NCBI GenBank assembly: GCA_001784285.1 | Contig: MFQC01000003.1 | Coordinates: 221,517-285,516, forward strand | Length of the DNA stretch: 64,000 bases | Origin: Candidatus Magasanikbacteria bacterium RIFCSPHIGHO2_02_FULL_48_18 | Lineage (GTDB): Bacteria; Patescibacteriota; Patescibacteriia; Magasanikbacterales; UBA922 | Reading direction: 5' to 3' | Shown here: in pieces, positions 28,863-37,739 of the stretch | Layout of the letters: each line of letters starts with the position of its first letter | Numbering within the stretch: position 1 is the stretch's first letter | Program-made: the position numbers and the translations under genes | The notes under the pieces: model-generated | What the model saw: only the letters and a program-made list of their open reading frames with translations | The model's database searches: none | What the model was told of the DNA's origin: nothing

Positions 28863-29222
28863 ATGAACTTCATCGCGAACAACATCGATTGGATTTTCCC
28901 CCTTCTCTGCATGGCCCTTTTCTTCGGGGGTTTTTTCTGGAGCAAGACCCTGTGGCTGCGGCGGCCCGGCAAGCCCCGGGCCAAGCCGGGGACGACGTGG
29001 AGTGTGGTCGCAAACCTCTCCCCCTCCTACCTCCTGGTCGTCCGCCCTTACGGGGGCGACGATGCGAGCTGCCAGCTCTGGCAGCTCCCGAGGAGCTCTG
29101 TGAGCCTCCTCTCCTACCCGGTCGGCACGAAATTCGTCGCCCAAAAGGGCGGCCGCTTCGCAAAGCTCGAGACCGAAAAGGAAGAGCCTTCTTCAAATGA
29201 CCGCAAGGTCAGGAGTATCTGA
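28863..29222 (+). CDS. small high-GC (GC3-biased) gene, foreign composition; N-terminal TM/signal-anchor
   Basis: Third codon positions are almost all G/C, unlike the host. Starts MNFIANNIDWIFPLLCMALFFGGFFWSK. Confidence 0.45.
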   Translation: MNFIANNIDWIFPLLCMALFFGGFFWSKTLWLRRPGKPRAKPGTTWSVVANLSPSYLLVVRPYGGDDASCQLWQLPRSSVSLLSYPVGTKFVAQKGGRFAKLETEKEEPSSNDRKVRSI

Positions 29223-29360
29223 AGACGGCGCATGGGGCAAGGACGGCGGCACATAATCCAACAATCGCGGACGAACACAACACGCCGCCCGAACCCCTGC
29301 AAGGTGTCTGAAAATCGGATATCTTGCAGGAGGATACGGGCGGCGTTTGTTGTTTTATCA

Positions 29361-29452
29361 CCCCTCCCTGCCCCTCCCCGGATGGGGAGGGAACTATTCT
29401 CCCCTGGTTAAACCGTTCCTCCCCCGAGAGGGGGAGGACAGGAGGGGGAATT
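29361..29452. repeat. G-rich hairpin cluster: perfect palindromes ccctcccc-ggat-ggggaggg (29372-29391) and tcctccccc-gaga-gggggagga (29417-29438), plus direct repeat ggaggacaggag
   Basis: Read directly from the sequence. The second hairpin has a GNRA (GAGA) tetraloop. Confidence 0.7.
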
Positions 29453-29830
29453 CTTCAAGTCACCATCCAACCGCCTGCACACTTCTCGTATTTTTTCCTT
29501 TACCCGATCACGATCAAACAACACCTCATCATTCGTAAAACGAAGAATACTATATCCCTGACGACGCAGCCAGTCTTCCCGCGCATGGTCATATTCTTTT
29601 TGAAAATAATGAATCGGTCCATCAACCTCAATAACCAATCGAAGCCATTTGCAATAAAAATCCACAATAAAAAATCCAATACTGGTCTGCCGTTGGAAGC
29701 GATATCCTAATTTTCTTTTCCTTATTTCCTGCCACAGCACCAACTCGGCTTTCGTCATGTGGCGACGAAGCCGACGGCGTCGCTCTTTTACAATGCGCCA
29801 ATACAACCTGTGATCACAATAAAAATTCAT
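29408..29830 (-). CDS. DUF559 endonuclease-domain protein (Vsr-like PD-(D/E)xK fold)
   Basis: LWQEIRKRKLGYRFQRQTSIGFFIVDFYCKWLRLVIEVDGPIH...ILRFTNDEV matches DUF559. The C-terminal about 15 codons are read-through of the hairpin region. Confidence 0.8.
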   Translation of the reverse strand: MNFYCDHRLYWRIVKERRRRLRRHMTKAELVLWQEIRKRKLGYRFQRQTSIGFFIVDFYCKWLRLVIEVDGPIHYFQKEYDHAREDWLRRQGYSILRFTNDEVLFDRDRVKEKIREVCRRLDGDLKNSPSCPPPLGGGTV

Positions 29831-29892
29831 ACCCCTCCTTTTGTATCATTATTGTCATTTTTTCACCAATCCTCATCTCACTACGGATAGGA

Positions 29893-29935
29893 TGTCCCTC
29901 CCCCTAAGGGAGGAGGACAGGAGAGGGGTCACTTC
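29893..29935. repeat. second G-rich hairpin (cctccc-cctaa-gggagg) plus second copy of direct repeat ggaggacaggag, upstream of DUF559 gene
   Basis: 12-nt identical direct repeat with 29435-29446. Confidence 0.6.
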
Positions 29936-32694
29936 GCCCCTTCCACCTTTATCTTCCCGCCCTCCCCAATGACCACAGTATCGCGCCGTTTCAACTTGCC
30001 GCCCAATACCAACTCTGCCAAGTTATTTTCTACGGTGTCCTGAATGGCGCGGCGCATTGGGCGCGCACCAAATTCAGGATCAAATCCCACATCGGCCAAT
30101 GATTCGAGCGCCGCGGCGTCCACGCGCAAAAAAACGCCGCGTTTTTCCAAATCTTTTTCAACGCGTTTCAACATGAGTCCTGCCACCTGTTTTATTTCTT
30201 CTCTATCCAACGCTCGAAAAAGAACAATGCCGTCAAAACGGTTGAGAAATTCCGGACGATAATATTTTTTTAATTCACCGCGAATCAACGACTGACGAAT
30301 TTCTTCGAGCTCGACGCCCTTCCCGAGCTGATCGGCAACATATTGCGTTCCTGCGTTTGAAGTCGCAATAATAATCGTATTGGTAAAATCAATGAGTCGG
30401 CCCACGCTGTCGGTCAAGCGTCCGTCGTCAAAGACCTGTAAAAATAAATTGAGCACATCCGGATCCGCTTTTTCCATTTCATCAAATAACACCAAGGAAA
30501 AAGGATGCTGACGCACAGCCTCGGTAAGAATGCCGCTCCCCTGCTGTCCGGGCTGGCCGATAAGACGATAGATCCCGCTTTTATCTTGATATTCGCTCAT
30601 GTCTACGCGAATCATGCGATCTTCCCCGCCAAAATACACATCCGCGATAGTTTTTGCCAATTCGGTTTTTCCAACACCGGTTGGCCCTAAAAAAAGAAAA
30701 TTCGCGATTGGTTTTTTTTGCGACCGAATTTCCGCGCGAGCGCGGCGCAAAGCATTGGCAACCAGGAGCACGGCTTGATGCTGGCCAATCACGCGCTTGT
30801 GCATCTCTTCTTCCAGGCGCAACAATTTTGATGATTCATCTTCGGAAATGGTCGTCACCGGAATACCGGTTTTTTCATGAATAATGGTGGCGACATCATC
30901 GGCCGCGACCAGCTGTTGTTCTCCTTTATGATTCCGCGTATAGCTTGCCGCCTCGGTCATAATGGAAATTGCGCTTTCCGGAAGTCGCTGATCTTGAAGA
31001 AATCTACCGGCCAATTTGACGGACTGCTCCAAAGCGGCGTATGAAAAAAAGACATTGTGTTTGTATTCAATGGATCCCACTTTCGATTCCAACACCTGAA
31101 TAGCCTGGTTTTCATCCATTTCGTTGATATCCACGCGTGAAAACACAGTGCCTAATTCGGAATTGAGAATGTGCTTGTTGTATGCATCGAGCGTGGTTGT
31201 CGCCAATGTTAAAAATTTTCCCGGCCCCAAAAACTCAGAAAGCGTTTCGGACACGTCGAGGCCTTCCTGCCCATTCGTGTTTTCAATGGTCATGAGGTCG
31301 TGGATATTTTTGATAAAAAGAATGATATTGCCCGCTTTCCCGACCTCGCGCATCATCGACATCAATCGCTCTTGCGCCCCGCTCATGGTGGCGCCGGCCA
31401 AGAGAGCGGATGTTGAAAGCTGTACCAATCGCTTGTCACGCAGACGTTGGGGCGTGTCGTCCGCAATCATTTTTTGGGTAATGCCTTCAATGATGCTCAT
31501 CTTCCCCACCCCATGCTCTCCAACCAACAGCACGCTATGACGGCCGCCTTCAATGATGCGAAAAATTTCTTCTATCTCTTTATCACGCGCCACGCACGGC
31601 GGCATGTAGCCGTATTTCGCCGCCATCGTCAGGTCTTGGCTAAAATTGTTGAGATACGGTGTCGCAACCGCGGTCATGGCCCGATCGAGCCCATATTTGC
31701 TTCTATGCGCCGCCGCGCGTTGCAGGCGCCGAAACTGCGTATGCAGGCGCTCCCGAATGCGTAACCACGCAACCACATTGGTCAATTTATTTTTATCAAT
31801 ATCCAAATCATAGAGCAATTCCTGAATGGCGTCCGACTGCTGGACGGTTGCCAAAAGCAATTCCGTGATATGGACATATTCTTGTTTTGCGTGATACGCG
31901 GACTCATACGCGTGAAACATAATTTGCTGGACGTCGGCCGATAAGCCGGGCTCTCGTGATTCTAGAGCGGATGATTGAAACGCCTGTTTGAGACGCGCCT
32001 GAACATTGTCGGGATGAATGCCAAGACGGATAAAGACCATCCCTATTTTTTGCGCGGACAGAAGGGCCGAAAATACATGAAACGGCGTCACTTCTCCGTG
32101 GCCGGATTGGTACGCCAGTATATAGGCACGTTCCAATACGGCCCGTGTCTCCGGGGTAAAGGTATCCGCGATATCCAGTCGTTTTCTATGCGGCATACGG
32201 CGAACCTCTTGCCACGAACCAAGCGTCGCACTCGATTCCTCAGGTGTTTTTTCTTTTGCCCCTTCGTAGCCCGCATGTTCCACCAATGTTTGGGGCTTTT
32301 GATCTGCGATAAGACGATACACAAAAAAACTGAACGATACGACAGAAAACCAAAAGAGCATGCGGGCAGAATCGGCGCTTGTCATCCAATAATGAAGGGT
32401 AAAGACATTATTCAAAATTGGTCTTGAAGAAAGGACATACAGGTATAGCGCCAAAAAGCCAACACCAAAAACAACAGATCCAGTCAGCTCAAACATTTTT
32501 TTCCATCGTCGCACATGCCGGACCGTCACATGATACCGGGTAAGCGGTTCGCCCCAATAGAGCAACACCCCCCGCGCTATTCGCGCAACCGTCATGCCAT
32601 GGCACGACGAACAACGGCGAAATCCGCGATATCCGGCTCCGTGACATGCACCACAACGAAGAAGCGCAAGTGAAGCATTTTTGGTGAAGAGCAT
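29929..32694 (-). CDS. ClpC/ClpB-family AAA+ chaperone ATPase with N-terminal Cys4 zinc-ribbon + 2 TM extension
   Basis: Clp_N (TPFHVFSALL), NBD1 (GEHGVGKMS, degenerate Walker A), NBD2 (GPTGVGKTELAK), sensor regions. N-terminal CGACHG..CSSCHG then hydrophobic helices. Alternative internal start MPHRKR at 32196. Confidence 0.9.
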   Translation of the reverse strand: MLFTKNASLALLRCGACHGAGYRGFRRCSSCHGMTVARIARGVLLYWGEPLTRYHVTVRHVRRWKKMFELTGSVVFGVGFLALYLYVLSSRPILNNVFTLHYWMTSADSARMLFWFSVVSFSFFVYRLIADQKPQTLVEHAGYEGAKEKTPEESSATLGSWQEVRRMPHRKRLDIADTFTPETRAVLERAYILAYQSGHGEVTPFHVFSALLSAQKIGMVFIRLGIHPDNVQARLKQAFQSSALESREPGLSADVQQIMFHAYESAYHAKQEYVHITELLLATVQQSDAIQELLYDLDIDKNKLTNVVAWLRIRERLHTQFRRLQRAAAHRSKYGLDRAMTAVATPYLNNFSQDLTMAAKYGYMPPCVARDKEIEEIFRIIEGGRHSVLLVGEHGVGKMSIIEGITQKMIADDTPQRLRDKRLVQLSTSALLAGATMSGAQERLMSMMREVGKAGNIILFIKNIHDLMTIENTNGQEGLDVSETLSEFLGPGKFLTLATTTLDAYNKHILNSELGTVFSRVDINEMDENQAIQVLESKVGSIEYKHNVFFSYAALEQSVKLAGRFLQDQRLPESAISIMTEAASYTRNHKGEQQLVAADDVATIIHEKTGIPVTTISEDESSKLLRLEEEMHKRVIGQHQAVLLVANALRRARAEIRSQKKPIANFLFLGPTGVGKTELAKTIADVYFGGEDRMIRVDMSEYQDKSGIYRLIGQPGQQGSGILTEAVRQHPFSLVLFDEMEKADPDVLNLFLQVFDDGRLTDSVGRLIDFTNTIIIATSNAGTQYVADQLGKGVELEEIRQSLIRGELKKYYRPEFLNRFDGIVLFRALDREEIKQVAGLMLKRVEKDLEKRGVFLRVDAAALESLADVGFDPEFGARPMRRAIQDTVENNLAELVLGGKLKRRDTVVIGEGGKIKVEGAK

Positions 32695-32717
32695 AGATCA
32701 AAGCGCCAAATATCGTT

Positions 32718-33080
32718 TTAAAAAATAAATGACAAAAACAACATGTACGACACCGCAAGCGGAAAAATCATCCATGCGAGAAAAAGACAAACCAAGACAC
32801 CAAACCATACCGTGAGCGCAATCGAGCGGCCGATCACATTGACAAAGCGCATAAAAATACTCATGAGCCTGCCCTGCAAATCGCGCTGGCCAAACATGGG
32901 CACAAAAAGATTTTTGAGCCACAGCAAGGGCGCAAAGGAAAGATTCGCGTCTTGAAACAACCGAACGCAAAACAAAAGCGTGTGCTTCGCTCCCGCGGTA
33001 TACCACCAGAGCGGGAAATACAAGACATCTAAAATAAATTCAATCGCGATTCTCTGGAAGACAAGAATCCACATAGACAT
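32718..33080 (-). CDS. hypothetical membrane protein
   Basis: 120-aa ORF with 3 hydrophobic helices. Confidence 0.4.
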   Translation of the reverse strand: MSMWILVFQRIAIEFILDVLYFPLWWYTAGAKHTLLFCVRLFQDANLSFAPLLWLKNLFVPMFGQRDLQGRLMSIFMRFVNVIGRSIALTVWFGVLVCLFLAWMIFPLAVSYMLFLSFIF

Positions 33081-33158
33081 GGGAAAAGAGATACCTGTAG
33101 TTTAGCACAAAAATAAAAAAACTCCCATGAAAAGGAGATTGCTATGACACAAAGAATG

Positions 33159-33521
33159 TCAGCGCTGGGCAACGGTTGTGTCCCCAAGAGTGATATATTG
33201 CGGCGCTTCCGCCCGAACCAAATCGGATTCTTGAAGCCGTGCTTCCACTGCTTGGAGCGAGCGATGCGATGCGATATCGGCTTCCATTTTTTTCACTTCA
33301 ATATGCAATTCCTCTTTTTTTTGCTCTAAATCACTGATGGCGAATCCTTTTGTGGATACGGCGGTGGTTTGGATCACATAGAGCACGCCAAACAATGCAA
33401 CCCACAAAAATAAACCAACGCGAACGGTGGCGCTCATGAGCCACTGCTTCATCGCAAGATTTTTTTGACGCAATGTTGGTTTTTTTCTGATGTAGGAATA
33501 CATGGAATGCTGAATACACAT
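33159..33521 (-). CDS. ftsL: FtsL-like septum formation protein (single TM + coiled coil)
   Basis: Sits after rsmH as in dcw clusters. ATG at 33521 overlaps the rsmH stop (TAATG). TM VGLFLWVALFGVLYVI followed by coiled coil. Start uncertain (alternatives 33503, 33452). Confidence 0.5.
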   Translation of the reverse strand: MCIQHSMYSYIRKKPTLRQKNLAMKQWLMSATVRVGLFLWVALFGVLYVIQTTAVSTKGFAISDLEQKKEELHIEVKKMEADIASHRSLQAVEARLQESDLVRAEAPQYITLGDTTVAQR

Positions 33522-34450
33522 TATAATTTTTTGACGACTCGTAATTTTGCGGAGCGCGCTCGCGGGTTGTTGTCCCATTCTTCCTGCGAAGACTGGATTG
33601 GTTTTTTCGTAAGACTTGCAAGCGTTTTCCCCTCGTGTGATTTGAAAAAATGTTTGACGATTCTGTCTTCCAAAGAATGAAAGGAAATAACTGCTAATCT
33701 TCCTTCCGGCTGAAGCACATTCACCGCTTGCGGCAGAGCTTTTTCCAAAACACCCAATTCATCATTGACCGCAATTCGAAGCGCTTGGAATACTTTGGTT
33801 GCCGGATGGAGACCCCCCACCCAGGGAATCTCTTTTTTGCTTTTCAACTTTGTGCGATATGCCGAGAGGACAATGGCCGTCAGATCTCCGGTAGTCGCAA
33901 TCTCCTGGCGCTTTCGCGACGCGACAATGGCTCCCGCGATTTCGCGGCTCAATTTTTCTTCCCCATACGTGCGAAAGAGGCGCACGAGCTCTTCTTGCGG
34001 CAAACCATTGACCAAATCTTTTGCCGTGCATCCGTCATACGGTCCGTCTGTGCCGCATTCCATCAATGGATCAAACCGCATATCGAGCGGCTCATCTTTT
34101 TGGAAGCTGAACCCCCGGCCTCGCTCTTCAAACTGCGGCGTGGACCACCCCAGATCAAACAGGATGGCATGGATTGGAGGAAACTGCTCTTTGTGAATGA
34201 TATCTTCCAAATGAACAAAATTTTCACGAGAATACACGATGCGATTACCAAACGGATACAGATAGTTTTTGACTCGCAACATGGACTCTGCATCCGCATC
34301 AATGGCAAGAAGTTTTCCATTTGGAGCGATGTGCTGAAGCAGTGCTTCCGCGTGCCCCGCGTCTCCGGCGGTCGCGTCAACCACATTCATCCCGGGCTTA
34401 AGATTGAGCCATGTCAACACTTCATGTTGTAAAACCGGGATATGTCTCAT
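33521..34450 (-). CDS. rsmH: 16S rRNA (cytosine1402-N4)-methyltransferase RsmH (MraW)
   Basis: MRHIPVLQHEVL..VDATAGDAGHAEALL N-terminus and SAM-MTase core. ORF track extends to 34717, but the canonical start is at 34450. Confidence 0.9.
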   Translation of the reverse strand: MRHIPVLQHEVLTWLNLKPGMNVVDATAGDAGHAEALLQHIAPNGKLLAIDADAESMLRVKNYLYPFGNRIVYSRENFVHLEDIIHKEQFPPIHAILFDLGWSTPQFEERGRGFSFQKDEPLDMRFDPLMECGTDGPYDGCTAKDLVNGLPQEELVRLFRTYGEEKLSREIAGAIVASRKRQEIATTGDLTAIVLSAYRTKLKSKKEIPWVGGLHPATKVFQALRIAVNDELGVLEKALPQAVNVLQPEGRLAVISFHSLEDRIVKHFFKSHEGKTLASLTKKPIQSSQEEWDNNPRARSAKLRVVKKL

Positions 34451-34463
34451 AGGTGGAGAAAAA

Positions 34464-34895
34464 CTATACGCCAAGCGCACCCATCTGTTCGGCAATTTCC
34501 GTGCTTTCCTGCTCGGTGCGTTTGGTGTATTCGCTCCACGTTTTCTGGTCCCAAATTTCGAGACGGTTGTACAGACCGGCCACAATGGTTCCTTTGGTGA
34601 GACCAGCAAATGTGCGCAAATAATCCGGCAACATGATTCGACCTTGTTTATCCACGGCGACATCCATGGCGCCGGCAAGCATAAGACGGGCGAACGCCCG
34701 CGTATTGGCTTGGGCAAAAGGCAGGTTGGAAAGTTTGTCGGCGAGAATGTGCCATTCCTGTTTGGTATACAAAAACAGACAATGATCTAGTCCTCTTGTG
34801 ACTACCGCGCCTTCGGCAAGCGCCGCACGAAATTTTTTGGGGATAGCGAGCCGACCTTTTTCATCCAAATTGTGGCTATATTCGCCAATAAACAT
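34464..34895 (-). CDS. mraZ: transcriptional regulator MraZ
   Basis: MFIGEYSHNLDEKGRLAIPKKFR, a duplicated MraZ domain of 143 aa. ORF track extends further 5', but the conserved start is at 34895. Confidence 0.9.
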   Translation of the reverse strand: MFIGEYSHNLDEKGRLAIPKKFRAALAEGAVVTRGLDHCLFLYTKQEWHILADKLSNLPFAQANTRAFARLMLAGAMDVAVDKQGRIMLPDYLRTFAGLTKGTIVAGLYNRLEIWDQKTWSEYTKRTEQESTEIAEQMGALGV

Positions 34896-35091
34896 AGAAG
34901 AAAAGCAATATACGTTGACAAGCATCGAACGTATTATTCCCCATTTATCCCCACTGAAACCCATAATACACCACTTTTCTTTCCTTTTCAATAATTTCTG
35001 TGGATAAACAGTGATAAAACAAAAAAACAACCATTCTCTGGTTATTGTGGGTAAGGGGAGGTCCTCCGGTCCTCCCCCGCGCAGATGTGTG

Positions 35092-35457
35092 CTAAGGACG
35101 AGAATCAGCAGAACCCAAAACCACGATTTCCTTATTGGAATACACGGTGGAGAGAGAAACAAACAAATTCTCACCCACCCATGCCCCAATCAAGGCGCCG
35201 GCCTTCAGGGTCGAGAGACACTCAAAGCTACCACCCTGGTCAACCCCATAAGGAAATTCGTACTCCCCAAGCGTGCCGAGACCGTGGAATCTGAGACTAA
35301 TAGAAACCATTTTCTGGCCGTTCAAGGAGAACCGCTCGACCTTAACACTGCTCAACGTCCCAACGAAGCCAAAACGCTTCCCCTCGAGATACCGGACCCC
35401 GTGCCCGACCATTCCCTTGAGGATCTTCTCGGTTTCGTGTACGGTTTTATCCGCCAT
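35092..35457 (-). CDS. hypothetical protein (121 aa)
   Basis: ORF with protein-like composition. Divergent from the ATP-grasp gene. Followed by a GGGGAGG..CCTCCCC hairpin at 35046-35070. Confidence 0.4.
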   Translation of the reverse strand: MADKTVHETEKILKGMVGHGVRYLEGKRFGFVGTLSSVKVERFSLNGQKMVSISLRFHGLGTLGEYEFPYGVDQGGSFECLSTLKAGALIGAWVGENLFVSLSTVYSNKEIVVLGSADSRP

Positions 35458-35529
35458 AATCCTTTCGCCTTCCCCCCGATGTTCCCCATCATCCAACCAA
35501 AAATGAGAAAGAATGTCAATAGAAAGACC

Positions 35530-35558
35530 TTGAAAAAGCACCAAAAATTGCTATACTT
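35530..35558 (+). promoter_or_regulatory. sigma-70-like promoter TTGAAA-16-TATACT giving a near-leaderless ATP-grasp transcript
   Basis: -10 ends 5 nt before the ATG at 35564. Confidence 0.4.
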
Positions 35559-35563
35559 GGGGA

Positions 35564-36787
35564 ATGAAGCAAGAAAAAAAAATAGGGAGCCGTCCCGTGA
35601 TCTATGTTACGCGAGACATCGAACGCGCCCTGGGGCTTCCACTCGATACGCGTGGGTATTTTGTTGTTGCCAACAAAACCGACTTTGCAGTGTCAATCGC
35701 CAAAAATAATAAAAATGTCTTATTGATAAAAGAAAAAAAACTGCTCGACACGCGGGAACTTTTAGCGCATAAAAAAACAAAAGCGTTCATCGCACCATTT
35801 GCACAACCCAAAATTATGGTGTTTAAAAATACCCCCCAGATTGAACGCATCTGTCATGAAAGCGGCTGGCCTCTTTTGAACCCACCCTCGTTGCTTTCAA
35901 ATCGGGTAGAAGAAAAATTGTCCCAACTCTCTTGGCTTGGCGCGCTCTCTTCTTATCTTCCGCCACACACCAAGGAAGAGTGCAACAACATCACATGGCA
36001 AGACATCCCCTTTATGCTCCAGTTTAATCGCGCGCATACCGGACTTGGGACCACATTCATTACATCAAAAAAACAACTCCGAGCGATTCAAAAAAAATTC
36101 CCCAAACGGGAGGCGCGCGTCACCGCGTATATTGACGGCCCCATGTTTACGGTAAACGCGGTTGTCACGGACAGCACCATTCTGGTTGGCAATATCAGTT
36201 ATCAAATTACCGGACTGAAACCGTTTACCGACGAACGATTCGCGACCGTCGGAAATGACTGGATGCTCCCATCCATACTTCTTAATGCCGAACAACGCAC
36301 CCGTATTGCAACCTTGGCGAGGTATGTCGGGAAACGTCTCAAAAAAGACGGTTGGCTTGGTCTCTTTGGCATTGACGTGATATGCGAAAAAAAAACGGGC
36401 AAACTTTTTCTTATCGAAATCAACGCGCGCCAGCCAGCATCAGCGGTCTTTGAGTCGTGGCTCCAAAAAAAACAAAAAAAAACACAGCCAAAAACACAAA
36501 CGATTTGTGAAGCCCATATATGCGCGCTTCTCAAAAAGAAAACCCATCTTCCTCTCACAAACATAAAAAACGGGGCGCAACTCGTTCAGCGCGTCACAAA
36601 AAAAAGACACACACTGCGGAAAATAATTCCCGGCCAACACCATGGATTTTTTGTGATCCCCTATGCCAATACCGATCACAACGCCGACCTTTTGCGTATC
36701 CAGTCCGATACATGGGTTATGCAAAAAAATGGTATACTGAATACGACGGGAAAGGAAATTCTTTCGCTGGTTCACGATATGGTGTAA
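35564..36787 (+). CDS. ATP-grasp domain carboxylate-amine ligase
   Basis: GLFGIDVICEKKTGKLFLIEINARQPAS is an ATP-grasp C-terminal motif. Confidence 0.75.
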   Translation: MKQEKKIGSRPVIYVTRDIERALGLPLDTRGYFVVANKTDFAVSIAKNNKNVLLIKEKKLLDTRELLAHKKTKAFIAPFAQPKIMVFKNTPQIERICHESGWPLLNPPSLLSNRVEEKLSQLSWLGALSSYLPPHTKEECNNITWQDIPFMLQFNRAHTGLGTTFITSKKQLRAIQKKFPKREARVTAYIDGPMFTVNAVVTDSTILVGNISYQITGLKPFTDERFATVGNDWMLPSILLNAEQRTRIATLARYVGKRLKKDGWLGLFGIDVICEKKTGKLFLIEINARQPASAVFESWLQKKQKKTQPKTQTICEAHICALLKKKTHLPLTNIKNGAQLVQRVTKKRHTLRKIIPGQHHGFFVIPYANTDHNADLLRIQSDTWVMQKNGILNTTGKEILSLVHDMV

Positions 36788-36792
36788 ACGCT

Positions 36793-37569
36793 ATGCAAAC
36801 AAAAACGCTTTCCGAATACGCCATGCGCGTGATTCATGAGTATTGTCACCTCCCTTTTTCGGCAGTCTCAGTCCCCTGCCCGTATTTTAATAATCGCCGA
36901 ATCAAAATGCGCGGCGCCCTCCGGGTTCTTATTGGCAAAGGAACGCCGCAAGAAATTGTGGATGAAGCGCATATTATTGCGCTCAAAGAACATCTCCCCA
37001 TTGATGAATATAACGCGGATACGCTCAGACAATTTTTGACCGATCACCAGCTGGGCGTTGATTGCTCCGGATTGGTCTACCATGTCCTCAATGCGGAACA
37101 CCGTGGACGACTCAAAAAAATGCTTTCCTTTCCCCATGCAAAAAATCCGATCAGAACATTGCTCACGCACTTGAGACCTGCAGAAAACACTGGCGTCAAA
37201 ACATTTTCACACGACGCAAACAGTCGCGTTGTTGCAATAAAAGACGCGAATCCGGGAGACATGATTGTGTTTTTGGAAACCGGAAAATTTGCGACGCCCG
37301 ACCACATGTTGGTTATCCATACCGTAGAATATGAAAATACTGTGCCCGTCATGCTCCATTATACGCATGCCTTGCCATGGTCAACTGATGGAAAAAATAA
37401 TACCCATGTGCGTCAAGGAATAATACATATTATAAATCCGGAAAATCCGCTCAGCGAACAAGAATGGAGAGAAGAAGAAAAGACGGGGGAAGAAAATGAG
37501 ACATTCCAGCTTGGAAGAAGCGCCAAACGACTTGAAATGAGAAAATTGAACTGCTGGAGCTGTGTATAG
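36793..37569 (+). CDS. NlpC/P60-family papain-like hydrolase (putative amidase), cytoplasmic
   Basis: GVDCSGLVYHVL (catalytic Cys), GDMIVFLETGKFATPDHMLVIH (His), HYTHA. No signal peptide. Start chosen at the ATG at 36793 just after the upstream stop. Confidence 0.5.
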   Translation: MQTKTLSEYAMRVIHEYCHLPFSAVSVPCPYFNNRRIKMRGALRVLIGKGTPQEIVDEAHIIALKEHLPIDEYNADTLRQFLTDHQLGVDCSGLVYHVLNAEHRGRLKKMLSFPHAKNPIRTLLTHLRPAENTGVKTFSHDANSRVVAIKDANPGDMIVFLETGKFATPDHMLVIHTVEYENTVPVMLHYTHALPWSTDGKNNTHVRQGIIHIINPENPLSEQEWREEEKTGEENETFQLGRSAKRLEMRKLNCWSCV

Positions 37570-37696
37570 ATGCTTCCGTGCCCATACACTTTGTAGGCAT
37601 ACGTGCCGGCCGCGGCTTTGAGTCGATAATCGACCAATCGATTGCCAGGATGAGGAACATAATTCTGAAATGCAATCGCGTCAATGCCGTCTTGCC

Positions 37697-37725
37697 TTGA
37701 CGAAAAAATAAAAAAATTATATACT
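37697..37725 (+). promoter_or_regulatory. promoter TTGACG-17-TATACT for tRNA-Thr(GGT)
   Basis: Consensus-like hexamers 15 nt upstream of the tRNA 5' end. Confidence 0.5.
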
Positions 37726-37739
37726 TTTTCTCGCGTCAA

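Noticed and set aside
27681-29144. ORF-track N-terminal 135-aa extension of the MraY/WecA-like gene
   Set aside because: The extension lies in the foreign GC-rich block antisense to a GC3-biased gene and has no TM helices. MYFFFF at 28739 starts the hydrophobic MraY-like core.
35011-35709. 232-aa plus-strand ORF
   Set aside because: Arg/Pro-rich low-complexity translation antisense to the 35092-35457 gene and overlapping the ATP-grasp promoter. No motifs.
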